The notes beneath the pieces were generated by a model that saw only the letters and a program-made list of their open reading frames with translations, ran no database searches and was not told the origin of the DNA. A stretch of DNA of 63,839 nt, the filler included, from Octopus bimaculoides (Eukaryota), in assembly GCF_001194135.2 (NCBI RefSeq). It is 12 parts of 11 records of this genome, joined end to end, with 100 filler letters (N's around TTAATTAATTAA, not from the genome) between each part and the next. Parts side by side here need not be neighbours in the genome. Positions count along the whole stretch, not along the records: positions 1 to 9,064 come from NC_068994.1; positions 9,165 to 25,271 come from NC_068983.1; 10 more parts are not named here. One strand, written 5' to 3'. The translations under genes and the position numbers were made by a program. Positions 1-13,376 of this stretch are shown in pieces. Numbering within the stretch: position 1 is the first letter of the stretch; every line of letters starts with the position of its first letter.

Positions 1-168
1 TAGACAGCATGTTGAATGTTACTTTGGTTATCAAACTGGCAGCACCATTATTAAAAGTTATGGTATACAAGCGATACCTTAAAAGAAATCCTATGTCGTT
101 CTTGTCAATATGTTAACCTTTTCAAAATCAATCGGCAGCTAATAGCTCTGCTACAATGATAACTCTGT

Positions 169-247
169 GTGTGTGTGTGGGGGGGGGCGTGTGTGTGTGT
201 ATGTAAGTGTATATCTGTAATTATGTTCCTGTATGTGTATGTGTGTG

Positions 248-290
<43 letters not shown>

Positions 291-533
291 ATTTGTATAT
301 GTATGTATATGTGTATGTATGTATGTATGTATGTATGTATGCATGCGTGTATATATGTACGCGCCTGTGTATAATTGTATCTATATGTATATACATGCAT
401 ATATATGTGTGCGCGTGCGTGCGTGTGTGTGAGTGTGTGTGTGTTTATGAATACACATTCATACATTACATCGATTCCTCCATCGTACCATCCACACACA
501 CACTAACATACACACATGCTTACATACATGCAT

Positions 534-565
<32 letters not shown>

Positions 566-638
566 ATACATGTATTTGTATGTGTGTGTGTATATATATA
601 AATATATATATATGTATATATATATATATGTATGTATG

Positions 639-673
<35 letters not shown>

Positions 674-675
674 GC

Positions 676-753
<78 letters not shown>

Positions 754-907
754 GTGGTGGTGGTGGTGGTGGTGGTGGTGATGACGATGATGATGATGAA
801 GATGATGATGATGATGATGACTATGATGACGATATGTGAATCGAGTGCCAGGCATTTAATAGTTTGGACTGAACATCAACCAGAATGGTGCACTGTTAGT
901 CACTTCC

Positions 908-940
<33 letters not shown>

Positions 941-1190
941 CATACATACACATTAATATGCATATGGGTGTATATATATATGTATATACACATAAATATA
1001 TGCGTATATATGTATACACGCACACACATATATAAACATGTATGCTTACATACATACATTAAAAAAAAAAAATATATATATATATATACCCACACACATA
1101 AACATGTACACATAATATACACAAATATGCGTATAAATGCATGTACACAGTTATGTATTTCTATATAAACACGCATACACCCTCCCCCTC
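169..1190. repeat. Compound microsatellite block: (TG)n, (TA)n, (TATG)n, (CA)n, (GGT)n, (GAT)n
   Basis: Read directly; explains the HT/YI/CV-rich ORFs here. Confidence 0.95.
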
Positions 1191-1699
1191 NNNNNNNNNN
1201 NNNNNNNNNNNNNNNNNNNNNNNNNNNNNNNNNNNNNNNNNNNNNNNNNNNNNNNNNNNNNNNNNNNNNNNNNNNNNNNNNNNNCCCACACCCACATGCA
1301 CGCAAATACACACACATATACACACACACAAACATGGCACTGACAGGTTTACTAATACGGTTTGTTATTACCTTGGCAGCTTCCATGAAATCTTGTAATT
1401 TCTAGAGAAGCTGCAAAACGTAGCAATTTCTATTGTTTTCTTTTATTATTTCCTTTTTCTTTCTTCTTTATTTATATATTTATTTACTTACTATTATTTT
1501 TCTTTCCTCGAACCTTTTGTTAAAAAAAATAGTATTAATATCCTTTTATTTATTCATTTCTTTATGTTACGTTGGTTGTAGTCATTGGACTGTGGCCATG
1601 ACACAACATGACCGTTAGGTACAGGCTTCAATGGTGTTTTTGCAATCAATAATATAATCATTGTAATGTAGAGTGCAAATCTGTTATACATCCACGTTC

Positions 1700-1905
1700 T
1701 ACGCAACCGGATAGACGAAAGACCGCCGCGCCCTCCCCCTTTTCCTTCCCCCGCTCCTCGTACCCCACGCATGCATACTTACGCACTTGATGACTTCTTT
1801 GACACACGCGTCATGTGTTTGGCAAGGAATATTCCGCGAGAGGATACGGAAGTGGTTTCCTGTTGCCTTGTTTTGTGCGTTTTAACAAGGCGTCGTCTTG
1901 TTAGC
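1700..1905. promoter_or_regulatory. Short CpG/GC-rich unique island, possible promoter or enhancer
   Basis: About 19 CpG in ~210 bp against an AT-rich background; ETS-like CGGAAGTG at 1847-1854 followed by TTTCCTG; no transcript evidence. Confidence 0.25.
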
Positions 1906-1920
1906 TGTAAACCTGTTCAG

Positions 1921-2068
1921 AAAGAGAGTGAGAGAGAGGGAGAGAGCAGAGAGAGAAAGAGAGTGAGAGAGAGAGAGAGAGAGCAGAGAGAGAGAGAGTA
2001 AAGAGAGAAAGAGGGAGTAAAGAGAGAAAGAGATAAAGAGACACAGAGAGAGATATAAAGAGAGAGGG

Positions 2069-2128
<60 letters not shown>

Positions 2129-2335
2129 CGTAGAAGAGAGAGAAGAAGAAGAGAGAGAAACAGACGGCCCGTGGGGAAGAGAGAAAGAGAGAGGGAGTGA
2201 GAGAGAGAGAAAGAGAGAGAGAGAAAGAAATAGAGAGAGAAAGAAATAGAGAGAGAAAGAGAGAGAGAGAGGGAGAGAGGGAGGGAGAACACAAGAAAGA
2301 AAGGGAGTGAGACCGAGGAATAGAAAAAGAGAGAC
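1921..2335. repeat. (GA)n / (GACA)n purine-rich microsatellite
   Basis: Read directly. Confidence 0.95.
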
Positions 2336-2344
2336 AGTGGAGTG

Positions 2345-2470
2345 GTGTAGGCGCGTGACTTAGTGGTTAGGGCATTCGGCTCACGATTGTAAGATCATGA
2401 GTTCGATTCCCGGTGACTCGTTGTGTCCTTGAGCAAGACACTTTATTTCACGTTGCTCCAGTCCACTCTG
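2345..2470 (+). mobile_element. tRNA-derived CORE-type SINE (family D), 3'-truncated
   Basis: A-box-like TGACTTAGTGGTTAG, B box AGTTCGATTCC (2400-2410), then GTGTCCTTGAGCAAGACACTTTATTTCACGTTGCTCCAGTCCACTC, which aligns by eye to the MIR/CORE domain. Confidence 0.8.
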
Positions 2471-3469
2471 TACAGAGCGTAATGTCAATTAATGAATGAT
2501 GAATCAACAGGAGTTACGTAATCACCTCCAGTAGCTTACAGCTGTTATTGGCTCTGAGGAAGCTAGAGGATGTTGCACTGTTGCATACATTCTCGGCTAT
2601 AAGTGTACTCCAGCTGATAGCAGAAACAATTGTAAATGAATAACAGGGATCACGTTATTCCTGTTCTTNNNNNNNNNNNNNNNNNNNNNNNNNNNNNNNN
2701 NNNNNNNNNNNNNNNNNNNNNNNNNNNNNNNNNNNNNNNNNNNNNNNNNNNNNNNNNNNNNNNNNNNNNNNNNNNNNNNNNNNNNNNNNNNNNNNNNNNN
2801 NNNNNNNNNNNNNNNNNNNNNNNNNNNNNNNNNNNNNNNNNNNNNNNNNNNNNNNNNNNNNNNNNNNNNNNNNNNNNNTATATATATATATATATATTCT
2901 TTATATATATATGAGTATATGCATATATATGTACATGTATGTACATACCTTCATCTACATGTACATATAGATGCATATTTGGGTACATGACGTTGCAAAA
3001 AAAAACATGGACAAAATGATAAACAAAGTACAAAAAGCACACAGGCCCCATAGAGAACATATCCTTCATCAGCTGCCACCATTATAACACTGGCGTTTCG
3101 AAGAGTTAGGGCATATATACATAGATACACACACACACACATACGCACGCACGCACGCACCCACACATATATCAATAAAGTTATTTAAAGGACATGAGAC
3201 GATTTTAGATTTTATTTCTTTAATATTCACAATTAAATCTTCACAATGAATATGATTACGTTTCCCTGTGTTTCTCTTTGTTGTAACTTTATTTGGTTGC
3301 ACTTAATTCAATATGGACTTCAAATAGAAATGAAAAGAAAGTTCTCTCTTTAATGCTTTTGACTAAAGGTGATTGATTATAAGCCTTCCAAGGATACAGT
3401 AAAATCAATTACACACTTTCAATGTAGTAGTCGACAATACACTTTTAAATGTATAGTGTATTTATATGC

Positions 3470-3650
3470 TTAGGCGTGGTTGCGTGGTCAGAAGTTTGCT
3501 TTCCAGCCATGTGGCTCCAGGTTCAGTCCCTCTGCGTGGAATTTTTGCCAAATGTCTTCTACTATAGCGTCGGTCATCCAAAGTTTTGTGAGTGGATTTG
3601 CTAGACGAACACTGAAAGAACCCTCGTCGCGTGTATATATGTGTGGGTGT
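3470..3650 (+). mobile_element. SINE family A, 5' half, diverged
   Basis: Aligns to other window copies (..GGTTCAGTCCC..TCTTCTACTATAGC..GTGAGTGGATTTG..CTGAAAGAA..) and ends at the internal microsatellite. Confidence 0.85.
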
Positions 3651-3736
3651 TTTATAACGTGATTTCTGTATACGTCGTGCAATAATACAGTGTGATATAA
3701 AGTACCACAGAGCGGAGTAGATACCAACTGTCTCCA

Positions 3737-4079
3737 CTTACTCTTTTACTTGTTTCAGTCATTTGACTGCGGCCATGCTGGAGCACCGCCTTTAGTCGAG
3801 CAAATCGACCCTAGGACTTATTCTTTTTAAGCCTAGTACTTATTGTAATTGTATCGGTGTCTTTTGCCGAACCGCTAGGTTACGGGGACGTAAACACGCC
3901 AGCATCGGTTGTCAAGCGATGTTGGGGGGACAAACACAGACACACAAACATATACACACACATACATATACATATATACGATGGGCTTCTTTCAGTTTCC
4001 GTCTACTAAATTCACTCACAAGGCTTTGGTCGGCCCGAGGCTATAGTAGAAGACACTTGCCCAAGGTGACACTCCTGCA
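3737..4079 (-). mobile_element. SINE family A, near full length, with internal deletion of the tRNA-like head
   Basis: Tail GAAACAAGTAAAAGAGTAAG, body and CCTTGGGCAAG motif present; 5' end reads GCAGGAGTGTCACCTTGGGC. Confidence 0.9.
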
Positions 4080-4471
4080 CCTATACGTGATGTATTCCCA
4101 ACAAATGTAACCAATCCAAAACAACTCTCAGCGAACTATAACAACTTCTCAACAATTTCCTGCGATTCCACAAACTCACGAATGACACCTTTTGACTTCC
4201 TGCAATTTCTCATCTCTCCGCTATCAGTCAAACACGCTACTACTTATTCGAGTTCGGCTAGTCCATTCTCACATGGGGTGTCGTGATTTTCGCCATAACA
4301 TCTCCCCTTTTCAGATTTGACTTCGGTAGGAAATGCATTTTGTTTATTTAATTCTATTCTTTTTGCTTTTTCCTCATCACCTCTCCCTTTTTTTGAGACC
4401 TTTATTTCCTCAGAAAGTTTAATACTTCTTTCGCTTAGGGACTATTTCTAGTCGTTCTGTTTGTTTACGTT

Positions 4472-4888
4472 TTCCAAACACATCGGATGTTAGAACATAA
4501 CAGACCGGACCTAGTGGTGATCGATAAGATGCACCGCATTTGCTATATAGTTGATGTTGTGTTCCCTCCCCTTTGACCCATAAATGGTCAAGAAGGAACA
4601 GCCCGGCTATGGAAAATGAAGAAGATATTGCCAATTATTGTTGGTTCCTTGAGTACAGCATCAGAAGGCATCAAGAGGAATATAAAGGAAATCGGAAAAG
4701 GGTGCTCAGTAGAAATGTTACGAAAGGTTTGCCTCCTTGGCACGGCCAGAATAAACAGGACAGTATTAGATAGCTGAAAAGAATGGATAGCATGGTACTG
4801 TAGGCCGCAGCAGCAAGCCCGTTACATATGCAAGACTCCAGGAGTTCCAATAGAGCCTGCGATTTAAAAAAATGATAATAATAATAAT
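4472..4888 (+). mobile_element. RLE-type (R4/Dong-like) LINE 3' end with (TAA)n tail
   Basis: FQTHRMLEHNRPDLVVIDK (PD nuclease motif), then 4604-4777 RLWKMKKILPIIVGSLSTA..RKVCLLGTARINRTVLDS*; 3' UTR ends ATAATAATAAT. Confidence 0.85.
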
Positions 4889-5993
4889 CTTATTTGTTTT
4901 ATTTTATTTCATATTGTAATTTATTTCCATTAATTTCCTCTGTTTCATGCTCATACGCTATCTTTCTTACAAATATTTTTTTCCTTAATGTAATTCTCCT
5001 TTTTTTTTTTTCTTTCTTTTTAATTACAGATGATCGGGATTATTAAAAATGAAAAAGAAGAAAACCAGAAATGATATTTTTTTAATCTACAAAACAAAAT
5101 CAATAAAAGACTTTCATTGACAACAACAATAATATCAAGAACAACTGCAACTGCTACTGCAACAACCCGCTAGAAACATCAGCCAAATGTTACCCTCGAA
5201 TTACATACTGGTTACAATAGATCTGCTCGATCAGGGTTAAGACTCATTAACAAAATCAAGAACCATAACAATAATAAGAACAATATCGTCATCATTATCA
5301 TCACTATCGGCATCATCATTAATTATGTCAGTAACGATTAGTTGCTTTCTCATATTTTAATTAGATTTTGTTAATGAATCTATTCTCATGAAACTATAAC
5401 TCACTTTTCACACATGTTCTAGAAAGAAAATTAACAGAAAATGATGAGGAGAAGATAAATTACAAAAGCACAGCAAGGAGGACTTGGAGCCACGCATTTA
5501 AAAAGAATCTTTAAAAAAAAAAAATTGNNNNNNNNNNNNNNNNNNNNNNNNNNNNNNNNNNNNNNNNNNNNNNNCCCCCCACACACACACGCTACCGTAC
5601 AGCCATTCCGAATATAATTCCTTTTATCCAAATAAGGAATGACTTTGAGGGCAAATTTAAGAAAGAGGTGATATAATTAATAACTCTGACGATGTTGATG
5701 TTGGTGCTGATAATGAGATGGAGGAGGCGGATGAGGATGAAGATGACGACAGCGACAACGTCGGCGACGACGATGACGACGATGACGACTACTACATAAC
5801 GACCATTATGATGCCGGTGATGACGACGATGTTGAAGAGCAGGCTGAGTATGACGACGATGATGATGATGATGATGATGGTTGTGGTTACGATTTATAAT
5901 ACTTTCATGCCATCTTCGATGGAAAACTCTTTAAATATCGGCAGCAGTTTCAGCCTATAGTCACATAATTTAAACTGTTTACACATACATACA

Positions 5994-6026
<33 letters not shown>

Positions 6027-6969
6027 GTGTATTATATATATATGTTGACACATAAATATTTATTTAATATACAAATGCATTTTGAAGATAGCATGTGTAT
6101 ATTGTATGGAAGATATGAGAAATAAGAGGATATAAAAATTCAGGGAAAAACAAAGTGTAGAAACAAGTTTAAACTACAAACTTACGCCTCTCACCAAAAA
6201 AAAAAAAAAAAAAAANNNNNNNNNNNNNNNNNNNNNNNNNNNNNNNNNNNNNNNNNNNNNNNNNNNNNNNNNNNNNNNNNNNNNNNNNNNNNNNNNNNNN
6301 NNNNNNNNNNNNNNNNNNNNNNNNNNNNNNNNNNNNNNNNNNNNNNNNNNNNNNNNNNNNNNNNNNNNNNNNNNNNNNNNNNNNNNNNNNNNNNNNNNNN
6401 NNNNNNNNNNNNNNNNNNNNNNNNNNNNNNNNNNNNNNNNNNNNNNNNNNNNNNNNNNNNNNNNTATACTAATTCATGTATACATGCTTAACTATTTGTA
6501 GATATACAGGACGAAACATTTAAGCAAAGAACCAACTCTCATACATACTCACAAAGCATTTGTATACTAAAACAAAGACTGGAATATGTGGTAATATTTT
6601 AATACTGTGTTACACGTGTTCCATTACAATATGGGAAATACATTTTATGAATATAAATATTAATGTTAATGATAATGTAAATATAATAAATTCATAATAA
6701 GTATATACATACATGTTGAAACATGCAGAACACATCCTATCTGTAAACCTTCAGACATAGATTTAAAAGAATATGCAGATGTGCTTCATGAAGAGGCGGC
6801 TTGGATTATAATTCCTTCAATGTATTATAAATATATATATATACGTAACACATATCAACATACGTAAAAGAAAAATATATACCTACATTCAAAATGAATT
6901 ACTTTTGTACTATTTGGAAACGCTTCAAGTAAATCGCTCCTCCGTCTTCAACACCAAGAAAATTTAACA

Positions 6970-7190
6970 ATGAGAACTGAACTGAAATGAAGCTGAAACT
7001 ACAAATACTGGATTAAAATTGAGCTAAAATTGCATTTGAAATTGAGACAGAAAGGATGTATTGAAACTAGACAGATATTTGACAGAAATTGAGCCGAATT
7101 TGGACTCAAAGTCAAATTGAGATTGAGCTGATGCTAGACGTAAACTTGTGATGAAATTGAGCAAACATTGGATGGAAGTTCAGCTTGATC
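6970..7190. repeat. Degenerate ~6-bp-period minisatellite (AAATTGAG / GAACTG-like)
   Basis: Repeated AAATTGAG and GAACTG/GAGCTG words. Confidence 0.45.
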
Positions 7191-7417
7191 AGTACTAATG
7201 TAGTCAGAATTCTTATTTCAGTTATAATCATTGTTATTGATATTTACATTGTTGTTACTTTGTTTTCTAGATGTTCCAAGTTTCTTACAGAGACCTCAAG
7301 TAACTGCAAGTTGAACGTTTTATTATGAGCGTCATTTATGATTAGCAATGATATATTGTAGGGGAAGGAAACCGGAATTTGAAAACTAGGATTCTGTTAA
7401 ATTTGTAATAGCTTCAG

Positions 7418-7463
<46 letters not shown>

Positions 7464-9064
7464 GATTATTATTATTATTGGCATTTCTGCATTGCTTTTT
7501 GGATCCATTTGAGCCACGTTTATAGCAATGACGTGTTAATTACCTTTTCGTATTTACTTTTTTTTTTTCAGTGGCCTATTTTTTTCTATTTAAACCAAAA
7601 CGTAATATTAAGAAAATAGAGAGAAAAAAATTGATAATAGATGACAGTGTGATATAGCAATGTAAAAAACAAAAGAAGCCTGATTTATTTTCCTCTTTCC
7701 AGTAGAAAAAAATGAAGAAAAGAAAAGAAAGATAAACTATTATAAGTCAAAGTGAAGGGTGTCATATCTTCAAATCAATAAGATCTGGACAATAACCAAA
7801 CAAAACTGTAAATAGACCAATATAATAAACCCAAGTGATTGACTATCTATGAAAAGAAATTGGCTCAAAATCACTCGGTGACTGACAGAAAACTTTATTA
7901 TTACTGAAAGATAACAAAAACACTCTGTCTATTTTCCTTTAACTTCTTTTTTCTTTATCCATTGTTATTTTATTTATTTTTTACTTTATTTTATTTACCC
8001 TACAAATATTTTCGCCATTTTTATTTTTCGAGTGTTTTTTTTTTTCTTACATTTTTCAGCTTTTGCTCATTTCTATCATCTCAGTGAGCACCATCACAAA
8101 GTGTATGCTGTTAGCTCCTAGTGAATTGAATTTCGTGATCCAGTTTTTCATTTTAAATATTTCGTAAGTTTATGAAATTTTTCATAACATATTTTATGAT
8201 ATATTTCTACCGCCCTTTACTGCTCCGCTGTAGCTATGGCTGACGCTCATACTATCCTGCCCTAGACAAACTTTGGGTATTTCTCTTCGCACAAATCGAT
8301 AACTACATCCATCCCCCCACTCTTTACACACCTTTGCGAAAGACATTTAAAACGTTATTCGATATCATTGCCTTATACCCATCCTCGTTGTCTACCTCTA
8401 TTTTTTCCCATCTTCTTTGCTAGTTTTCTTGAGTTGCTACCTTTAACCTAAACACAATAGCGGCTTAATCAAATACATTATGTTTTGATGGGGACGTCTT
8501 AGTTGTGAGAGGGAACATCAGTTCTTCACACGTAACAAATAGAATAAATAATTTCAATAATAATAATAAGCTGATTGACCGACTGAGCTACATTGCTAAT
8601 AGATTTTTTGTCATATTAATTTGTTTCCCTGCATCTCATTCTTTCTCAGTTTCGCTGTCTCTCACTATAAATCTCAAATAAGAATTTTGCTGCAGACGTC
8701 ATTTCCTGTCACTCAAACTGCACGTCAATGAAGAAATTTCTCTCCATGAACAACAAACAACAACAACGACAAGACGGCAGCTACAGCAACAGCAATGACA
8801 ACAACAACAACAACAATCGCAGCAGCGGCAACTCTCGTTGCAGCGTTACTCTCGTTTATTTGACATGAAAGAATTACTATGGATGAACGACTGAAAAATA
8901 ATTCTGAGTAGCTTCAAAGTTTCATTGTTCAAAATCTTGTAAGCATCCAGGGAAAAACAAAAATATCTTAAATTTACAAAACTCAGGCAATCAACGTCAG
9001 TTTAAAAAGACATTTAAAAAAACAGCCTGCCCTTAAAATCCAAAAACAACTATTTAAAATTATA

Positions 9065-9164
9065 NNNNNNNNNNNNNNNNNNNNNNNNNNNNNNNNNNNN
9101 NNNNNNNNTTAATTAATTAANNNNNNNNNNNNNNNNNNNNNNNNNNNNNNNNNNNNNNNNNNNN
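9065..9164. other. Assembly linker N44-TTAATTAATTAA-N44 (also 25272-25371, 29863-29962, 32407-32506, 34733-34832, 36562-36661, 44502-44601, 50347-50446, 52115-52214, 60503-60602, 62593-62692)
   Basis: Identical 100-bp structure eleven times; the palindromic 12-mer puts a stop in all six frames. Confidence 0.95.
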
Positions 9165-9250
9165 TATATGTATGTACGTTCGTATGTACGTATGTATGGA
9201 TGTATGTATACATGTATGTATGCATATGTGTATGTATGTATGCATGTATG

Positions 9251-9281
<31 letters not shown>

Positions 9282-9398
9282 ACATGTATGTATGCATATG
9301 TGTATGTATGTATGCATGTATGTATATATGTATGTACGTATGTATGGATGTATGTATACATGTATGTATGCATATGTGTATGTATGTATGCATGTATG

Positions 9399-9432
<34 letters not shown>

Positions 9433-9470
9433 TGTATGTATGTATGTATGTATGTGCGTATGTATGCGTG
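9165..9470. repeat. (TATG)n with a higher-order 72-76 bp repeat
   Basis: TACATGTATGTATGCATATGTG variant recurs at about 9209, 9281 and 9357. Confidence 0.8.
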
Positions 9471-9888
9471 TCTGTTTAAAATATATCATTTCTTCGTGAG
9501 TAAATACAAAGTAAAACGTATATACACACACAAGCACGACTTCTAAAGATAAAAATATTTATTGAAATAAACAATTTTCTATATGTTTTAATAGTTTATG
9601 ATTTGTTTCTATGAGATCAAATACGAAAATTATATAGTGTTAAACTAAGATACATTTCAGTCGATTGAAAAAGCAACAAAAAGCAAAAGATATTTATAGA
9701 ACAAATACAAGGTAGAATATTTTGGTAAAGGTTATAAGTATTGTTGCTAACACATAGATATAATCATCTGAAACACAAAGGAAGAAATCAATTTGTATTT
9801 TAAAACTGATAATGAAGATATTTTCTATTGTAAGATAAATGAAATTAAAAATATGCTTCAAAGAAAATAACATACATAATTACTGGCG

Positions 9889-9942
<54 letters not shown>

Positions 9943-10463
9943 TATACATATATACATATAAATATATATATGTTTTTATGTATGTGTGTATGTGTGTGTA
10001 TGTGTATATGTGTATGTGAGTGTACGCCAACACATACATTTATATGTACATACACATATATCATAACACATCGCTGTTTGTTATAAGAATAAGTTCATCT
10101 ACAAAACCAAATCTTGTAAAATTATTTAACTCTTGTAAACAACTTAAATTATTACAACCATATCAAATGTATTCCGGATTTTTTTTCTGTAAAGGACTAT
10201 TTTAAAATGAAAGATAAATGTGTGGTATGCATAGGATAACTTCTTAATTTCTTCCTCTTGTATAAACAAGTGATAGGCAAATCAGGATTATGACGCTAGT
10301 CTAAAGCAGCTGACATTTAAATGTGAAGTGAAACAAACAGAATAAAGTTTCCAGTTTGAGGTTCAAGAAAATTCTTACGTTAATTGTGCTGACGAATCTT
10401 GATAGTTTAATATTAGCTTTTATGTTGCTTAATGTAAAAAAAAATACAGTATTAAGAAGTACA

Positions 10464-10640
10464 GTGGATTGACAGAATCGTTAGAGAGTCGAAGTTATTT
10501 ACACTTTTTTAAGTTCTTCCGAAGACAACTTTGCCTTTCAAGTCAATAAGATAAAGTACCAGTGTAGTACTGGTGTTGATCTAATAGACTAACTCTCCTC
10601 CGAAATTGCTGACCTTGTACCTAAATTACAGACAATAATT
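10464..10640 (+). mobile_element. SINE family B, degraded
   Basis: GACAGAATCGTTAG head, ACTTTGCCTTTCA, AAGTACCAG and CCTTGTACCTAAA match other B copies. Confidence 0.7.
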
Positions 10641-10654
10641 TTCTCCTATAAATA

Positions 10655-10851
10655 CAAAACATGAAATTTGGAGGAGAGGACTAGTCGATAAAATCCACCT
10701 CAGTGTTCAACTGATGCTTATTTCATCAACCCTCTTAAGATGAAAGGCAACGTCAACCATAGTGAAATTTTTTCCCAGAACTTAAAGCCGGAGGAAACCG
10801 TCGCTAAGCGTTATGTCTAGCGTATTAATGATTCTGCCAGCTCACCGCCTT
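10655..10851 (-). mobile_element. SINE family B, degraded
   Basis: Reverse complement of the AAGGCGGTGAGCTGGCAGAATC head and of the body. Confidence 0.8.
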
Positions 10852-11133
10852 AAAGACATCTTAAATAACAATATAACTTAACTGTAACTAGGTTTGAACG
10901 TGCGCTCAATTGATGCAGATTGTGAAGAAAGTTCTTTCCACTAAATTACAATAAATAATAACTTGTGAGAATGACCATCACACTGCTATTCTGATTACCC
11001 CTCACTAAATGCGATTAATAGGCTTTGATATATTCTAACTTGGCTAGTTTCAATAGAACTTGTCTTTCAACTCTTTGGCAGAGAGTAAAATTTAAAAAGT
11101 AACTATATTACTTCTCTGTAATATTATTAACAT

Positions 11134-11350
11134 ATTCTTTTCTACTCTAGGCACAAGGCCCGAAATTTTTGGGGAGGGGCTAGTCGATTAGATCAATTCC
11201 AGTATGCAACTGGGACATAATTTATCGACCCCAAAGAGATGAAAAGCAAAATCGACCTCGGCGGAATTTGAACTCAGAACGTAAAGACAGACAAAATACC
11301 GATATGCATTTCGTCCGGCGTGCTAACGCTTCTACCACCTCGTTGCCTTA
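11134..11350 (-). mobile_element. SINE family B, full length, CCTAGAGTAGAAAAGAAT tail
   Basis: Head with B box GAGTTCAAATTCC, body, and tail TCGGGCCTTGTGCCTAGAGTAGAAAAGAAT. Confidence 0.9.
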
Positions 11351-11499
11351 CTGCTTAAAAATATTAATATGTTAAACATCAGATTCGTCTTGATTTTACT
11401 ATGTTCCCCTATCAGGTGAATTGAGTTGCCTGTAGCGTGGTAGCCTCTCGGGTTCGAGAAAGACGGATTTACAATTTCTTGCTGAACAACCTGCTCAGA

Positions 11500-11732
11500 T
11501 GATTTGTTTATAGGGATTAAATTTTCGCGCTGTATATTAGCTCACTTTCTCAAATCCACATTACATGTGTAGGTGCAGGGTGTGCCTCACGTCAGATGTC
11601 GAAGTGATCACAGAGTAACGTGAAATAGAGTGTTTTGCTCAAAAACACATCGTACCACCTGGTGTCAGAATCGAACCCATGATCTTGTGATCATGAGTGC
11701 AACACCCAAACCAGTAGGCCATACACCTTCAC
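11500..11732 (-). mobile_element. SINE family D with an alternative tail
   Basis: Sense: GTGAAGGTGTATGGCCTACTGGTTTGGGTG..GGGTTCGATTCTG..TTGAGCAAAACACTCTATTTCACGTTACTC, then GTGATCACTTCGACATCTGACGTG. Confidence 0.75.
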
Positions 11733-13275
11733 TGAGTTGTCACTATTCACACGCAAGAAACATAATAAAAATGAATTTAATTCAAGTTGCTGTTGCAAAA
11801 CCAACATTTTCATACATAGAACAACAGTAATAACAAGAACATTGTGTTACTTAGGAAATATATGCAGGTTGCTTGTGTGTGAATTATCTTCAACGGAGGG
11901 AATTTTACACATCCATTGGAGGCATTTTCTCAAGTTTTGTAAACTCGAGGGAGCACATGGGAGGAATTTAGGTGAATCACATCCTTAGCAACTGTCAAAG
12001 TAGTAGTAGTAGTGGCAGCAGCAGCAGCAGCAGCATTTCTAGTGCAAGTTGTCGGTTTACTTTCATCCAGCCTTCACGGCCACATCTAATTCAACTAACT
12101 GTGGTCAATGCGGCTAACAAAAATAAATAAATAGAATATATTAGTGTTAATCAACGTAGATTAACAAGCGCGTATACTAACGTTGATATACGATTCACTT
12201 GTTACTACGAAATCTCTTCTGAATTTGAAAGGAATTAGTTTTACACAGATAAAACTCTACTACATCGAACGACTTCAATTTAGAAAATGGTTTCTTCCGT
12301 AAATTGATAAACTGTTATACTATACTAGAAAAGAAGTGATCACTTTCTTCAGAGCAAATGTCACTAACAATAAACACATTGCCTGTTTGATACATAGAAC
12401 GCTGAAGACATTAAAAAAAATGGCATAATTTGTATTAGAATAGATGAATAGTTACGTGTTCTCTGTTTCGCAATTGAATATACAAATGTGTGATGCATTT
12501 TCACACAGTTCTTCGGCAGTTAATTATATTTTGATTAAAAATCATACTTTGAAATTTTAGAATATCCTTACTTATATATTGTCACGCTACCTCTTTAATA
12601 ATTGGCAACATGTAACACACACGCACACACACGACATTGACTAGAGTGAAGATTAACAAAACTTTAATACAGGATTACAGCATAGTAAAAGCCAACATGT
12701 GTTTCTATTATGTAAGCACTTTTGGATATAATAATTCAATGCTCCAATATACAAACTGGCTCATAATAATTCGATTGTGGTATTAGATACATTCAAACAT
12801 TTATGCTTACATAATTTTTCAAAGCAAGTCACTCACGGATAAATCTAACAAGGACTGAACTGTTAGCATTAATACAACGAGCTCACTAAATTCAAAGAGA
12901 GAGAAGGTAGAAAAATAGAAAGCTGAGACGAAACATATAAGAAATGTCACTTTGGTATTTAAACTGAAGATGATCTCAGAGAATATTGAAGAAAAAGCTA
13001 AATAAAAGCTAAAAGGGCGAATAAGTAAAGGTAGATAGCTGGCCTTTTAGGTCATCAAAAAATAAATTAAAAAGATCTTTGATGCTACATAAAGTGCTAT
13101 AGATCTATCTTTATAAATTAAATATAAAAAGGTACGACGATTTAGGAAAGTAAATCGGATTTATTTCGTTAATTGATGAAACTTTCTTAGATGCTGATTT
13201 CATCTCACAGGGAATCTGTAGAATCTGATGTTCTTAACAATATTCCAAAGTTCATCTTCAAAGTCCACCAGTACT

Positions 13276-13323
13276 AAGGCATAGCTGTGTGGTAAGATGC
13301 TTGCTAACCAACCACATGATATA

Positions 13324-13376
<53 letters not shown>

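Noticed and set aside
105-1398. Many ORFs rich in HT, YI, CV or poly-D/M
   Set aside because: Translations of dinucleotide to tetranucleotide microsatellites, open on both strands; the same applies at 9.1, 26, 33, 35.5, 49.3-50 and 60.5-61 kb
2345-2415. tRNA genes (also at 17070, 26351 and 37030)
   Set aside because: Boxes A/B are present but acceptor and anticodon stems do not close, and SINE bodies follow
2553-2635. CTGAGGAAGCTA...TAGCAGAAAC as a hammerhead
   Set aside because: Stem II needs a ~60-nt loop and an extra base; no NUH triplet or stem I
9109-9120. Recurrent TTAATTAATTAA palindrome as a regulatory or recombination site
   Set aside because: Always centred in N44/N44; an artificial scaffold linker
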